Shown in pieces: positions 38,518-48,723 of a stretch of DNA of 59,679 nucleotides. The notes below the pieces were generated by a model. The model saw only the letters and a list, made by a program, of their open reading frames with translations, did not search any database and was not told the origin of the DNA. How positions within the stretch are numbered: the first letter of the stretch is position 1; every line of letters starts with the position of its first letter. Location of the stretch: positions 1-59,679 of the IMG/VR virus record IMGVR_UViG_3300032231_000653; one strand, given 5' to 3'. The DNA comes from a virus (lineage: Duplodnaviria; Caudoviricetes). Position numbers and translations under genes: made by a program.

Positions 38518-39999
38518 ATGAATGTTTTGGAATTAGAAAAGAAGTTCGGCGATCCCCGATACGTTGACGAACATAAGCTTGCTACGTGGCATAATAATAT
38601 TTATATGCGAGATTTAGCCGCGAGGTTATTAAGCAAGCAGTCTTCTTTGCATTTCATAGAATATGTTTACCAGGAATATAAAGCAAGTTGGCATCATAAG
38701 TTAATTTGTAGCGTGTTTGATGATTGGGTCGCAGGGAAAATAAAGCGTCTTTTAGTTTTCGCCCCTCCCAGACATGGCAAAAGCCTCATAGCCTCTGAGC
38801 ATATTCCCGCGTTTATTTTTGGTAAAAATCCTAAAGCACGCGTAATAGCTGCTTCGCACTCTCAGGAATATTCGGAAAGAGAATCCAGAAAAGTACTGGA
38901 GTGCTTGAATAGTATACGTTATAAGCGTATCTTCCCTAACACAATTATTGGTGGCAAAGGCAAGCGTGTTGCTGTAAAAGGGTGGGAGACATCCTTGGGT
39001 GGCGAATACAAATGTGCAGGTGTCGGTACAGGTATAGCGGGGTTCGGGTTTAACTATGGCATAATAGATGACCCTATAAAAACACGTAGAGATGCAGAAA
39101 GTAAAACTATACGTGATGGTATCATAGATTGGTATAGGTCAACGTTCCTGCACAGGCAACATAAAGGCGCTTCCATAGCTATAATTCAAACTAGGTGGCA
39201 TCCAGAAGACTTAAGCGGTTATTTGCTTAGCATGGAAAAGGAAGATACTAATGCTGATAAATGGACTGTTATTAGTTTACCTGCCATTTTAGACTGCAAG
39301 CCTATGCAAGGCGATCCTCGGCAGCAGGGTGAAGCTTTGTGGCCAACCGAGTTTTCTTTAAAAGATTTGGAAAACAGACGTGCTAATAGTTTAGAATACG
39401 AATTTAGCGCGCTATACCAGCAACGCCCTATACCATCAGGTAGAAGTAAGATAAATCGTGAATGGTTTAATATTATTGATGAAGCACCTGCTGGCTTAAA
39501 ATGGAGTAGATTTTGGGATATTGCTGTTTCTGCCAAGAAGTCTGCTGATCATACAGCAAGTATTGCATGTGCGCGTGATCTTAAGGGCAACTATTACTTT
39601 AAGGATATGATTCGTGGTCAGTGGGAATGGCCAGATGCGCACAGGATTATTATAAATACTTCTAAAATTGAAAAATGCCCCATAGGGTTTGAATTAGGGG
39701 GGCAACAGAAGGGGTTCCTTGCAGAACTTCTAAGGGACTTAGAATTATCAGACGTTTTTGTTAAAGGGTATTCTCCGGATGCAGATAAACTTACGCGTGC
39801 ATTACCTTGGATAGCTAGGGCACAGGCAGGTAAAGTTTACCTAATCCGTGGTTTGTGGATAAACCCCTACTTGGCAGAATGTGAAGTGTTTACTGGACAT
39901 AACGACAAAAGTGACGATCAGATTGATGCTAGTTCCGGTGTGTACTTTATGGTTTCTAAAGGCGGTGTGGGTTATAGAAGTTCGGGTACAGTATATTAA
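38518..39999 (+). CDS. terL: Terminase large subunit
   Basis: APPRHGKS, IIDDP.K, QTRWH..DL.G, LYQQ.P, WD.A and DDQ.DA motifs. Confidence 0.95.
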   Translation: MNVLELEKKFGDPRYVDEHKLATWHNNIYMRDLAARLLSKQSSLHFIEYVYQEYKASWHHKLICSVFDDWVAGKIKRLLVFAPPRHGKSLIASEHIPAFIFGKNPKARVIAASHSQEYSERESRKVLECLNSIRYKRIFPNTIIGGKGKRVAVKGWETSLGGEYKCAGVGTGIAGFGFNYGIIDDPIKTRRDAESKTIRDGIIDWYRSTFLHRQHKGASIAIIQTRWHPEDLSGYLLSMEKEDTNADKWTVISLPAILDCKPMQGDPRQQGEALWPTEFSLKDLENRRANSLEYEFSALYQQRPIPSGRSKINREWFNIIDEAPAGLKWSRFWDIAVSAKKSADHTASIACARDLKGNYYFKDMIRGQWEWPDAHRIIINTSKIEKCPIGFELGGQQKGFLAELLRDLELSDVFVKGYSPDADKLTRALPWIARAQAGKVYLIRGLWINPYLAECEVFTGHNDKSDDQIDASSGVYFMVSKGGVGYRSSGTVY

Positions 40000-40027
40000 G
40001 TACGCACAGGGTTTTTACGTGATTAGC

Positions 40028-40055
40028 TTGCATAGTGGATTTTGCTAACTATAAT
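40028..40055 (+). promoter_or_regulatory. Sigma70-like promoter
   Basis: TTGCAT-N16-TATAAT. Confidence 0.6.
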
Positions 40056-40098
40056 AATCCAATAGGATATTACTTATTAACTGCATAGGATTAGATAT

Positions 40099-40314
40099 AT
40101 GGCATTTTACGATTTTAAGTGTGCTAAATGTGATGCGGTAGTCACTGTTGAAGTACGCAACATTAAAAAAGCAGGTATTCACCCGCCTGATTGCTGTAAT
40201 CAGCATATGCAGCGCGTGTGGACGCCAGTTTCTTTTGTTATAGGCGGGTACAATTCACAGAATTGTTACCGTAAAGACAGTGATGGATGGGCAGAAAAGA
40301 AGAAAGTAAGTTAA
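40099..40314 (+). CDS. FmdB-like zinc-ribbon protein
   Basis: M..YDF.C..C ... CC...M.R. Confidence 0.7.
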   Translation: MAFYDFKCAKCDAVVTVEVRNIKKAGIHPPDCCNQHMQRVWTPVSFVIGGYNSQNCYRKDSDGWAEKKKVS

Positions 40315-40477
40315 ATGAGTATTATGGATGCATGTTTTGCGTTTTGGCTGCTTATATTTTTTTTGTTGTGGGTTGCCGAGTAGGTCAGAGGATGCTATGA
40401 GTAGTATATTTAAATGGATAGCCACAGACGACGGGTGGTGCGCTTACATGTTTTTTTAAGTAATGGAGGATGCATAG

Positions 40478-41086
40478 TTGAATGATGTAAAAAATGTATT
40501 GTCTGTAAGAAGGTACAAGGCGGGTTATGAAATACGCATGGAAGATGTGCTTACGCATTTCGAAGATAAGCCACGTGATCATAGTATGGTAATTAAACGT
40601 GCATACACATCAGATGGGCAATTTTTAGGTGATCCAAAAAGGGCTTACAGGTTATGTAACAAATATGGCATTCGTAAGTTCGAGAAGGTTGATCCTACGC
40701 ATTGCATATGTTCTATAGGGTTTAATCCAGAGCAGCAGAAGTGGTATGGGTGGAGCCACAGAGCAATTTACGGGTTTGGCATAGGGAGTGAAGTTAAACG
40801 AGGCAGTTGTGGGTATAGAACACCTAGTTTATGTAAGTTAGCGCAAAGTTTTAAAGAGGGGAAAAGCGGCCCTCGTATTAGAATAGATAAAGACAAGAAA
40901 TTGGTAGCTGTCAGTTTTCCTTATTATAAAGAAATAGGGGTGCGTGAAAACGGCTCGCTAATCTTTTCAGAAGAAGTTTTTTGGGATGACGAGGTTTATT
41001 TTTACCCTGGGCGTGGTGAGTGGAAGGCTGAAACATTAGATGATGCTAAAGAGATGGCTAAAGATCTCGCAAGAGGTGTGAGTTAA
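40478..41086 (+). CDS. Hypothetical phage protein
   Basis: SIGF....QKWYGWSHRA..GFGIG conserved-looking phage motif. Confidence 0.75.
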   Translation: MNDVKNVLSVRRYKAGYEIRMEDVLTHFEDKPRDHSMVIKRAYTSDGQFLGDPKRAYRLCNKYGIRKFEKVDPTHCICSIGFNPEQQKWYGWSHRAIYGFGIGSEVKRGSCGYRTPSLCKLAQSFKEGKSGPRIRIDKDKKLVAVSFPYYKEIGVRENGSLIFSEEVFWDDEVYFYPGRGEWKAETLDDAKEMAKDLARGVS

Positions 41087-41089
41087 GAT

Positions 41090-41488
41090 ATGGATACGGT
41101 TCAGTGGGAAGTAAAAGAACATGGTAGCGGGAGTATAGTTGTGGCATTATCTGACGGTACCATGCCATATGTCAATGTAGTTTCACACGAGAATGTTTCT
41201 CAAGAACAGCGTCGTGCGTTGGCTGCATGGCTGGCACGAATGTTAAACGGGGATGTAGTACACATTACATGTTTTATGGGGCTGGTACGTACTAACGCAT
41301 GCACACTCCGGTTACCTTGTGGCACGCAGTTTACAGCAGCAGGTGGGTTTTATGATGCAGATCCCCCAAAGCACTGTTGGGTTGAAAAAAATGATGCAAA
41401 AAGCTTAGTAGCACGTGAGTGTTTGACAAAAAAGATTAATCTTATAAATGAAAGTTTGACATGCCTACATCAAGACCCCATGCCCTAA
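41090..41488 (+). CDS. Hypothetical protein
   Basis: ORF within the operon. Confidence 0.6.
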   Translation: MDTVQWEVKEHGSGSIVVALSDGTMPYVNVVSHENVSQEQRRALAAWLARMLNGDVVHITCFMGLVRTNACTLRLPCGTQFTAAGGFYDADPPKHCWVEKNDAKSLVARECLTKKINLINESLTCLHQDPMP

Positions 41489-41994
41489 CACACATCTGTA
41501 GCAAGATTATTGATTTGAACCCTAAGAGGGTTTTAGATGTAGGTATAGGGCATGGTAAATTTGGGTTTCTTACACGTGAATACACTGATGTTTGGCGTGG
41601 TACTTACTATAGTCAGCCCAATAAATTCATAACGGAAACGATTATTGATGGTATAGAAGTGCATGAAACTTACATTGGTAAGATGCAACGTGAAATTTAC
41701 GATGACATCCACATAGGTAATGCTTTAACTATACTTCCTAAGCTACGTAAATACGATCTCATCATCTGTTGCGCAGTATTAGAGCATTTTAACAAGGCTG
41801 ATGGTCATACGTTACTAACGCTTATTAAACAGAAGTGTGAGCACGCTCTCATCACCGTCCCCGTGAGTTTTGTGCCTCAAAAAGCGGTATATGGTAATAG
41901 CTATGAGATACACTTAGCGCACTGGGAGTGTTTTGAGTTAAGCAAATATGGACAGGTGCATACCTTAGGGCGTATGCGCCTTTTAGAAATTTAA
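41461..41994 (+). CDS. Class I SAM-dependent methyltransferase (glycan-cluster type)
   Basis: VLDVGIG.G, DG.E and VLEH motifs. Confidence 0.8.
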   Translation: MPTSRPHALTHICSKIIDLNPKRVLDVGIGHGKFGFLTREYTDVWRGTYYSQPNKFITETIIDGIEVHETYIGKMQREIYDDIHIGNALTILPKLRKYDLIICCAVLEHFNKADGHTLLTLIKQKCEHALITVPVSFVPQKAVYGNSYEIHLAHWECFELSKYGQVHTLGRMRLLEI

Positions 41995-42011
41995 GGAGCA
42001 AGTGTATATAC

Positions 42012-42716
42012 ATGAATATATGGATGTATTGGGAGGGTAGAAAACGCCCCCCTTGGTTAAATTTGTGTTTGGATACTGTACATAAACATTTGGGAAATAA
42101 CTCGTTGCACATAATTTCTAAGGAAGACGCACCTACATATATGCAATGGATACCTGAACAGTGGGATAACCTTCCCCCTGCCATACGGGCTGGCATTTTT
42201 AGAGTGCATGCTTTGTACATGTACGGTGGTTTGTGGTTGGATTTTGACACGATAGTCTTACAGCCATTACAGAAACTTTTTGACTTATTGGAAGAGCATA
42301 AGTACATAGGTTTTGGCCATAACCATAGATTATGTAATGGTGTTATGGCGAGCGTAAAACAAGGAACCATGATAACTAAATTCTTGAATGAGCAGAAAAA
42401 GTGCTTGGCAGGTGCAGTTAAAATTGAATGGGGCACTATTGGAGTTCAACTACAGCGTAAAATTTGCAAGGAGTATCCTGATGCTTGGCATAATCATCCT
42501 GCTGAAAAGAGTTATCCTGTATTGTATGAAGATTGGGAGGTTTTTTTACATTCGAACGTTAATCCGAGCTTGCTGGCCAGTGTATGTGCTGCGGATGTTG
42601 TACCACTTTTTAATAAATATATGTCTAATTTGCTCAGTGGCATTTCTAGGGAGCATTTACTTAAGTCGGACATGTTGCTATCACATTTATATAGAAAGGC
42701 ATTAGGCAATGCTTGA
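42012..42716 (+). CDS. DxD glycosyltransferase (GT32 / capsular polysaccharide synthesis-like)
   Basis: IW.YW, R...L..YGG.WLDFD and WG..G motifs. Confidence 0.85.
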   Translation: MNIWMYWEGRKRPPWLNLCLDTVHKHLGNNSLHIISKEDAPTYMQWIPEQWDNLPPAIRAGIFRVHALYMYGGLWLDFDTIVLQPLQKLFDLLEEHKYIGFGHNHRLCNGVMASVKQGTMITKFLNEQKKCLAGAVKIEWGTIGVQLQRKICKEYPDAWHNHPAEKSYPVLYEDWEVFLHSNVNPSLLASVCAADVVPLFNKYMSNLLSGISREHLLKSDMLLSHLYRKALGNA

Positions 42717-43356
42717 TACAGGATGTAAGCAACTTATAATTGGGCTTGGTACAGGGCGTTGTGGTACTGTTTCGTTGAGTGAGCTTTTAAACGCACAAAA
42801 ACACAGTCAGATTTCACATGAATGCCGTCCCCTTTTATCGTGGTGGGGAGGCGTGTGCGGATATAAGGGACATTTAAATGTGTTAGAAAACCGTCTGGTA
42901 AGAATCCTGTCTCGTGATGCACAGTTTGTGGGTGATGTAGCTTTTTTTTACTTGCCATATTTGAGGCATATTCAAAAACTCGTACCTACAGCCAAATTTG
43001 TAGAAATATACCGGCCTATGCGCGAAGTTGTTAAAAGTTACATGGAATGGACAAAAGGCAGAAACCACTGGATGAATCATGACGGGACTATTTGGAGACA
43101 TGATCCTGAGTGGGATGTATGCTACCCTAAATATGCGTGTGATGATAAAGAAGCTGCGGTGCGCGCGTACTATGATGAATATAATAGGGAAAGTTCCTTA
43201 TGGGGTACACAGAACCCTGAGAGTTCTTTTTCATTACCTATGGTGCACTTGAATGAGCCTTATAGGCTTGAGGCACTGTTAACTTTTTGTGGTTTTCTTA
43301 GGATGGATCATGTTTTAAAAGTGGTTAACGCGAATTCACAGATATATACTAAGTGA
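42709..43356 (+). CDS. Sulfotransferase-like protein
   Basis: IIGLGTGRCGT.SL P-loop; R....V.S motif. Confidence 0.7.
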   Translation: MLDTGCKQLIIGLGTGRCGTVSLSELLNAQKHSQISHECRPLLSWWGGVCGYKGHLNVLENRLVRILSRDAQFVGDVAFFYLPYLRHIQKLVPTAKFVEIYRPMREVVKSYMEWTKGRNHWMNHDGTIWRHDPEWDVCYPKYACDDKEAAVRAYYDEYNRESSLWGTQNPESSFSLPMVHLNEPYRLEALLTFCGFLRMDHVLKVVNANSQIYTK

Positions 43357-43368
43357 GGTTTAAATAGG

Positions 43369-44094
43369 GTGTTTTCAATAGTTATATGCACATTTAATAA
43401 TGTAGATATGCTTAAAAAGCTAATCCTGCGCCTTCTAAGCAATTGCTATGTGGGGCAAATTATTATAGTTGACAACGCGTCTACTGATGGCACGTCTACT
43501 ATGGTAGCTGGGTTACCACAAAAAGTTAGTGATAGCATTGTTTTTATGAAAAATGAAAAAAATTTAGGTATTACTATTCCCAGGAATCGTGGACTGCGCG
43601 AGGCCACAAGTTTGTATAGTATGATTTTGGATGATGATCAATTACCATCAACACACACGTTCAGAAAATATGCAGAAGCTTTGGAAGAATTTGACATTGT
43701 AGGGTACATACCAGGAAATGTAAGTCCTACGGTAGGTGCTGTGGTGGCAGAAGAAGGTGCCTTCTTTAATCATGTTGGTGAAGGTGGCATATGTATGAAG
43801 ACAATATTATGGAAAGAGTTAAACTATTTTGACGAAACATTCTCTCCTGCATATAGGGAAGGGCCGGATTTGCAGTTGCGTGCCATTAGGGATAAAAATG
43901 TGCGTATAGGGCTAATACATGATGCAGGCATAGCACACTTGGAGCACGTAACATTAAGCAGAAATGATTTAGGATTCAATGCACAAGAAGTAGGCGAAAA
44001 GAACCATGAAATTTTAATGCGTAGGTTGATAACTGGATATTATGGTGATGCATATAAGGTGGCAGGACATATTTATAAGAGGTGTATAACATGA
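43369..44094 (+). CDS. GT2 glycosyltransferase
   Basis: SIVI.T.N, IIVDN.STDGT, N.G....RN.G, LDDD and FDE.F motifs. Confidence 0.88.
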   Translation: MFSIVICTFNNVDMLKKLILRLLSNCYVGQIIIVDNASTDGTSTMVAGLPQKVSDSIVFMKNEKNLGITIPRNRGLREATSLYSMILDDDQLPSTHTFRKYAEALEEFDIVGYIPGNVSPTVGAVVAEEGAFFNHVGEGGICMKTILWKELNYFDETFSPAYREGPDLQLRAIRDKNVRIGLIHDAGIAHLEHVTLSRNDLGFNAQEVGEKNHEILMRRLITGYYGDAYKVAGHIYKRCIT

Positions 44095-44744
44095 CATTAC
44101 TACCTAGTAACCCAACGGGTACTATTTTGCTGCATGAAGAACATGCGGCGTTTGCTCAGCTTATGCAGGGTATTGAGTGCCCGCAACATACAATGTTGGA
44201 TAAGTACAGGTGCTTTATGCTGTATCAACTGGCACGGCGTTATAGGTACAGCAGTTCCGATGTGAATGTGGCAGAGGTTGGTGTATGCCGTGGAGGTACA
44301 GCTAAACTTTTATTACGTACTTTGCGGCATGCACATGGGTTACTTTTTGATACATTCGTGGGGCTTCCTAATACGGTTAAAACAGACAAAGATTATTACA
44401 AAGCAGGTGCATTCAGCGAGACATCTTTAGAAGAAGTGCGTGCGTATTTAAGTCAAGATTGTGATAACTTCACTATTACGCCAGGCGTATTTCCTGAAAC
44501 AGCCGATAACTTTTTACACAGACGGTTTAGCTTTGTACATGTTGACGTGGACATATATCAATCCGCACGCGACTGTTGTGAATTTTTTTATTCCAGGTTG
44601 ATTAGCGGAGGTACGATGCTCTTTGATGATTATGGTTTTAGGATATGTCCAGGTGTGCGTAGCGCAGTTGATGAATACTTTGTGGATAAACCTGATAAGA
44701 TTGTCTACCTCTTTGGTGGGCAGTGTTTTGTAATAAAGAGCTAA
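44082..44744 (+). CDS. TylF/MycF-family sugar O-methyltransferase
   Basis: E.GV..GG, FDTF.GLP, G.F.ET, VHVDVD.Y, FDDY and GV..AVDE motifs. Confidence 0.88.
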   Translation: MYNMTLLPSNPTGTILLHEEHAAFAQLMQGIECPQHTMLDKYRCFMLYQLARRYRYSSSDVNVAEVGVCRGGTAKLLLRTLRHAHGLLFDTFVGLPNTVKTDKDYYKAGAFSETSLEEVRAYLSQDCDNFTITPGVFPETADNFLHRRFSFVHVDVDIYQSARDCCEFFYSRLISGGTMLFDDYGFRICPGVRSAVDEYFVDKPDKIVYLFGGQCFVIKS

Positions 44745-44769
44745 AAAAATTGAAGGAGTAAAAGTTTGT

Positions 44770-45342
44770 ATGAACATTGTGATACCTGATGTGTTTAAGG
44801 TCGGTGCATTTACAATTGGTGTAAAGAAAGCCTGTGACATGAAGAACGCACAAGGCACAAAGTTAAACATGCGGTGGACACCAGATGTAAATACTTTAGA
44901 ATTGGACGATGCACTGGGGGAAGAAACAGTACATTTTGAGTTTGTACATGGTGTCTTAAAAGCAACTAACGATATTTTTAGCTTAAAAGTAAAAGAGCAT
45001 GATTTAAGGGTCATCGCGATAGGGCTGCATCAGGTGCTAGACACATTAGACTATGATGCTATTAAAGGATCAGTGTGTATAGGCCCATCCGTCTGGGCTA
45101 TACGTTTTGTAAAAGATTTAGTGCTTATCAGGCAGTGTTTTGGTGAATGCCATCCGTTGACTTCTACTTTAAAAATTGATGCATATTGCTCTAAATGTGC
45201 ACGGCGTGAGGTAATTATTCATGAGAGTTTAGAGGCCGTATTTAGTATCTATGATATTGCAATGGATCATCACATGTTATCATTGCTGGCTACTGCTACC
45301 ACACAAGCTTTCGAAACGAGTTTTATAACTTGCGGTTATTAA
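44770..45342 (+). CDS. Hypothetical protein, tandem duplicated degenerate HExxH-like domain
   Basis: Two similar halves (HFEFVHGVL / IIHESLEAV). Confidence 0.55.
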   Translation: MNIVIPDVFKVGAFTIGVKKACDMKNAQGTKLNMRWTPDVNTLELDDALGEETVHFEFVHGVLKATNDIFSLKVKEHDLRVIAIGLHQVLDTLDYDAIKGSVCIGPSVWAIRFVKDLVLIRQCFGECHPLTSTLKIDAYCSKCARREVIIHESLEAVFSIYDIAMDHHMLSLLATATTQAFETSFITCGY

Positions 45343-45344
45343 TG

Positions 45345-45372
45345 TTGCAATATGCATAATTATTATTACCAT
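45345..45372 (+). promoter_or_regulatory. Sigma70-like promoter
   Basis: TTGCAA-N16-TACCAT. Confidence 0.5.
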
Positions 45373-45424
45373 ATTAATATACTGTTATGTGTATATCTAA
45401 TCTGCAATAAAAATGGAGAATACT

Positions 45425-45636
45425 ATGAATAAGTTGCAGCGTAACAACTACAAAAACGTGTGCAGAAAAAGCAATTATTAAGACAGAAAAAAGCAAAGCT
45501 CCGTAAAAAGCGCGTATTGGAAGAGGATGCTAAGTCATTAACGCATGCTAAGCAACGTCCTACAATGCGTGACTTGTTCCATCCTAATTTTGGGAGGTTA
45601 GCTGGTTTGTTTAGTTTACGCGCTGCCAAGCATTAA
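45425..45636 (+). pseudogene. Frameshifted small basic protein
   Basis: GGAG RBS + MNKLQR; adding one base near 45443 restores KQLQKRVQKKQLLRQKKAKLRKKR...AAKH*. Confidence 0.5.
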
Positions 45637-45688
45637 AGTGCTTGTACGTGATCACATTACATTTAAGTAGCAATGTGAGGGTTAAAAA

Positions 45689-46846
45689 ATGAAAATACTG
45701 ATAGTAGGTGTGGACGGCTACTTAGGCTGGCCGCTTGCACTGACTTTGGTTGAACAGGGATATGACATTATAGGTGTGGACTGTGGATTGCGCAGAACTT
45801 TAGTAAAAAAGCAAAAATCTCACTCAGCCATTCCGATAGCAACATTAGATGATCGGCTAAACCGGCTCAAAAAGAAACACCGCAAGCGTAAGATACTTTC
45901 GGCTGTAGGTAATATTGTTGATTACTCTTTCGTGCACAACATTTTGGAAGAAGTAAAACCTGACGTTATAGTTCATTTAGGAGAGATACCTTCTGCACCC
46001 TACAGTATGATTGATGTGCATTCTGCAACATACACACAGATGAACAATATTTTTGGGACTTTAAATATTCTCTATGCTATGCATGCGGTTTGCCCTAAGG
46101 CGCATTTAATTAAGTTGGGGACTATGGGGGAATACGGCACGCCCAACATAGATATACCGGAAGGCTTTATTGATATAGAACAAAACGGCAGGACAGACAC
46201 ACTACCTTTCCCGAAACAAGCTGGTAGTTGGTATCATCAAAGTAAGGTGCATGATACTAACAACATTATGATGGCTTCTAAGATATGGGGCTTGCGTGTT
46301 ACGGACATTATGCAAGGGGTGGTTTATGGGACACGCATCGATGAGATGGGTGATGATCCCATGGCGAGTACGCGTTTGGATTTTGATCAAAGTTTCGGTA
46401 CTGTGATAAACAGATTTTGTTGCCAAGCCACCATAGGCGCACCATTATCAATTTATGGCATAGGGCAGCACAAACGGAGTTTTCTACCTTTGAAAGATTC
46501 AATGCGCTGTTTATCATTGGTTATAGAGAACCCGCCAAAAAATGGTGAGTACAGGGTATTTAACCAATTTGCTGATGTATTTAGTATCGTCGAACTTGCA
46601 GAAATAGTATGCGCCGCGGGCAAAGAATGTGGTTTGCAAGTGGTGGAGGAAAGTATAAAGAATCCAAGGGAAGAGGCTATACAGCATTACTATAACCCTG
46701 AGTGTAAGAAGCTTAAGAAGTTGGGTTATATTCCTACTGGGGATATTTTTACTGAGGTAAAAACCATGCTTATTGACTTAGCAAAGCATAAAGCTCGCAT
46801 AGATGAAAAAGCAGACGCACTAAATCCGAGTATTTCCTGGAGGTAG
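45689..46846 (+). CDS. sqdB: UDP-sulfoquinovose synthase
   Basis: G.DGYLGW, E.PSAPYSM, HL.KLGTMGEYGTPN.DI.EG, PKQ.GS.YH.SK.HD, TD..QG.VYG and R.FNQ motifs. Confidence 0.93.
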   Translation: MKILIVGVDGYLGWPLALTLVEQGYDIIGVDCGLRRTLVKKQKSHSAIPIATLDDRLNRLKKKHRKRKILSAVGNIVDYSFVHNILEEVKPDVIVHLGEIPSAPYSMIDVHSATYTQMNNIFGTLNILYAMHAVCPKAHLIKLGTMGEYGTPNIDIPEGFIDIEQNGRTDTLPFPKQAGSWYHQSKVHDTNNIMMASKIWGLRVTDIMQGVVYGTRIDEMGDDPMASTRLDFDQSFGTVINRFCCQATIGAPLSIYGIGQHKRSFLPLKDSMRCLSLVIENPPKNGEYRVFNQFADVFSIVELAEIVCAAGKECGLQVVEESIKNPREEAIQHYYNPECKKLKKLGYIPTGDIFTEVKTMLIDLAKHKARIDEKADALNPSISWR

Positions 46847-46852
46847 CTTACT

Positions 46853-47614
46853 ATGCATTTTTGGACACAGAACTTGTCGAGAGAATCTAAAGTATTGTTG
46901 CACACACGTGGTTCTCTGTCAAGTGAGAGATCTGTTGGGTTACCAATTTCTTTTAGTTGGGAAGTATACACTGGTTTAGCCTGTGGGTTTAATGTTGATG
47001 TTACCTGTGACAGAGAAATACAATTCAGATTTGGGTTGTTGTTGGTAACTTTGTACTTTTCGTTTTGCGGCATGCTACCAGCACGTATGTACCCTAAATA
47101 TGTGAGGATACGCCACTCACTTTCATTTAGTGATTGGGCAGTGCGCTTAGTTGTACCTAGATGGAATGGAGATTGGTTTTTTAATCCTGACAGTGAATAT
47201 GTTTTTTCACTTTCTGATTTTTTTCTTGGCGAAAAGAAGTGCAGCAGGCAATACTTAAATAGTAAGGTTGATGAACCGGATGATGTTGTGCAGATTTCAT
47301 TACCAGAGCGCACCTACACTGTAAAGGTGTTTAAGTTAAAAATCACGCATAAACGTAAACGTTGGTTTAACAAGGTTTTTTATGGTATTGATTTAATATT
47401 TGATAAAGATGTGCCCGTGCCTTCCAAGGTGGGAGGCCTTACGCTTCGCGATGCTAATGCTTGGAATAACTGCTACTATCCTACAGCATCTACTCAGAAT
47501 GCATTATCTTGTTTCTTAAGTGATGTATGTGAAAGACGCAAGGAGTACGGTACTGGGGTGGATATGTACGTAAACAAGAAATGTACATCTAATAAATTCA
47601 ATTATGTGCATTAA
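46853..47614 (+). CDS. Hypothetical protein
   Basis: GAGG RBS; 253 aa. Confidence 0.65.
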   Translation: MHFWTQNLSRESKVLLHTRGSLSSERSVGLPISFSWEVYTGLACGFNVDVTCDREIQFRFGLLLVTLYFSFCGMLPARMYPKYVRIRHSLSFSDWAVRLVVPRWNGDWFFNPDSEYVFSLSDFFLGEKKCSRQYLNSKVDEPDDVVQISLPERTYTVKVFKLKITHKRKRWFNKVFYGIDLIFDKDVPVPSKVGGLTLRDANAWNNCYYPTASTQNALSCFLSDVCERRKEYGTGVDMYVNKKCTSNKFNYVH

Positions 47615-47630
47615 ACAGAAAGGACATATT

Positions 47631-48137
47631 ATGGCTTTTATGGTCGAATCTAAAAAATTGATAGTGTGTAAACCAGAAATTTTAAATTATTTAGTTGGCA
47701 ATGGTGTTGACTTGGGTGCCGGTCACATAAAAGTACGTCCAGAAGCTTTAGGTATCGATTTCGGGAGTAACGGGCATTCTTGGGTAGGCGATGTTACCCA
47801 GTTGTTTTGGTTTAAAGATAGTGTTTTAGATTATGTGTTTTCAAGCCATTGTCTGGAACACGTAATTGATGATGTTGCTACTTTGAGAGAGTGGACACGG
47901 GTACTGAAAGCAAATGGTTATTTAGTGCTATATGTGCCTGATGACAACCAGTTTGATAATACCGAGATGCTTGCGAATGGTGAGCACAAGTATGTATATA
48001 CTGTTGACAGCTTGACACAAACTCTACAGAAAATTGACAATCTTAGAATCCTTTCGGTAAATGCACACACGGGGCCTGTGCCTAATAATCCTGGGCATTC
48101 TGTGTATTCTTTAATAGCTATTTGTCAAAAAGTGTAA
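47631..48137 (+). CDS. Class I SAM methyltransferase (Methyltransf_11-like)
   Basis: G.DLG.G and D.VFSSH.LEH....L.EW.RVLK..G.L.L.VP motifs. Confidence 0.85.
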   Translation: MAFMVESKKLIVCKPEILNYLVGNGVDLGAGHIKVRPEALGIDFGSNGHSWVGDVTQLFWFKDSVLDYVFSSHCLEHVIDDVATLREWTRVLKANGYLVLYVPDDNQFDNTEMLANGEHKYVYTVDSLTQTLQKIDNLRILSVNAHTGPVPNNPGHSVYSLIAICQKV

Positions 48138-48310
48138 TATGTGGAAACATTTTGAATATTTTATTATAAGTATATTTGCGATTATTTGTTCCATATTGCT
48201 ATTTCCATGATAAATTGGAATAACAAGCAAGGAATGTTTTAATAACCTAAGCGCATGGAAGGAGGTATCTTAAGTATTTTATTTTATTAACGTATTAAAA
48301 TGGTGGAAAA

Positions 48311-48637
48311 ATGAAAAAAAATTTTATGATCGGTGCCATTGTCATTTTTTGTTGTGTTTTTTCTGCCAGCCCTGTATCACGTAGTTTTTCTAATGGGATA
48401 CAGAGCGCAGGTTACACGCAGGCAAATGAAGCGCCATGTTTAACACCTGATGTAACACAGCCGCATGTACTGGCCGTGTTACAACCTTTCAAAAGTATAA
48501 GTATTATAGATCAAAATAACGAAAAGTTTTTGGTGCATGACGTGCAGAGCATAAAGCCCGTCGTAATGCCGCTAAGCCAGCGAAAAACTGTGTACGCAAA
48601 TATGTTTAAACGTGCTTATTGGCGTAGCTCCGGTTGA
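48311..48637 (+). CDS. Hypothetical exported protein
   Basis: MKK followed by a hydrophobic signal-like N-terminus. Confidence 0.5.
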   Translation: MKKNFMIGAIVIFCCVFSASPVSRSFSNGIQSAGYTQANEAPCLTPDVTQPHVLAVLQPFKSISIIDQNNEKFLVHDVQSIKPVVMPLSQRKTVYANMFKRAYWRSSG

Positions 48638-48674
48638 CTCCTATAATCCTAAAAAAATTTCGTTATCAAGTTAA

Positions 48675-48702
48675 ATAGCAGGGTACATGTGTACCCTGCT
48701 AT
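48675..48702. terminator. Hairpin between convergent genes
   Basis: ATAGCAGGGTACA-TG-TGTACCCTGCTAT. Confidence 0.7.
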
Positions 48703-48723
48703 ACTTTCTCAGGATATGCGCAT

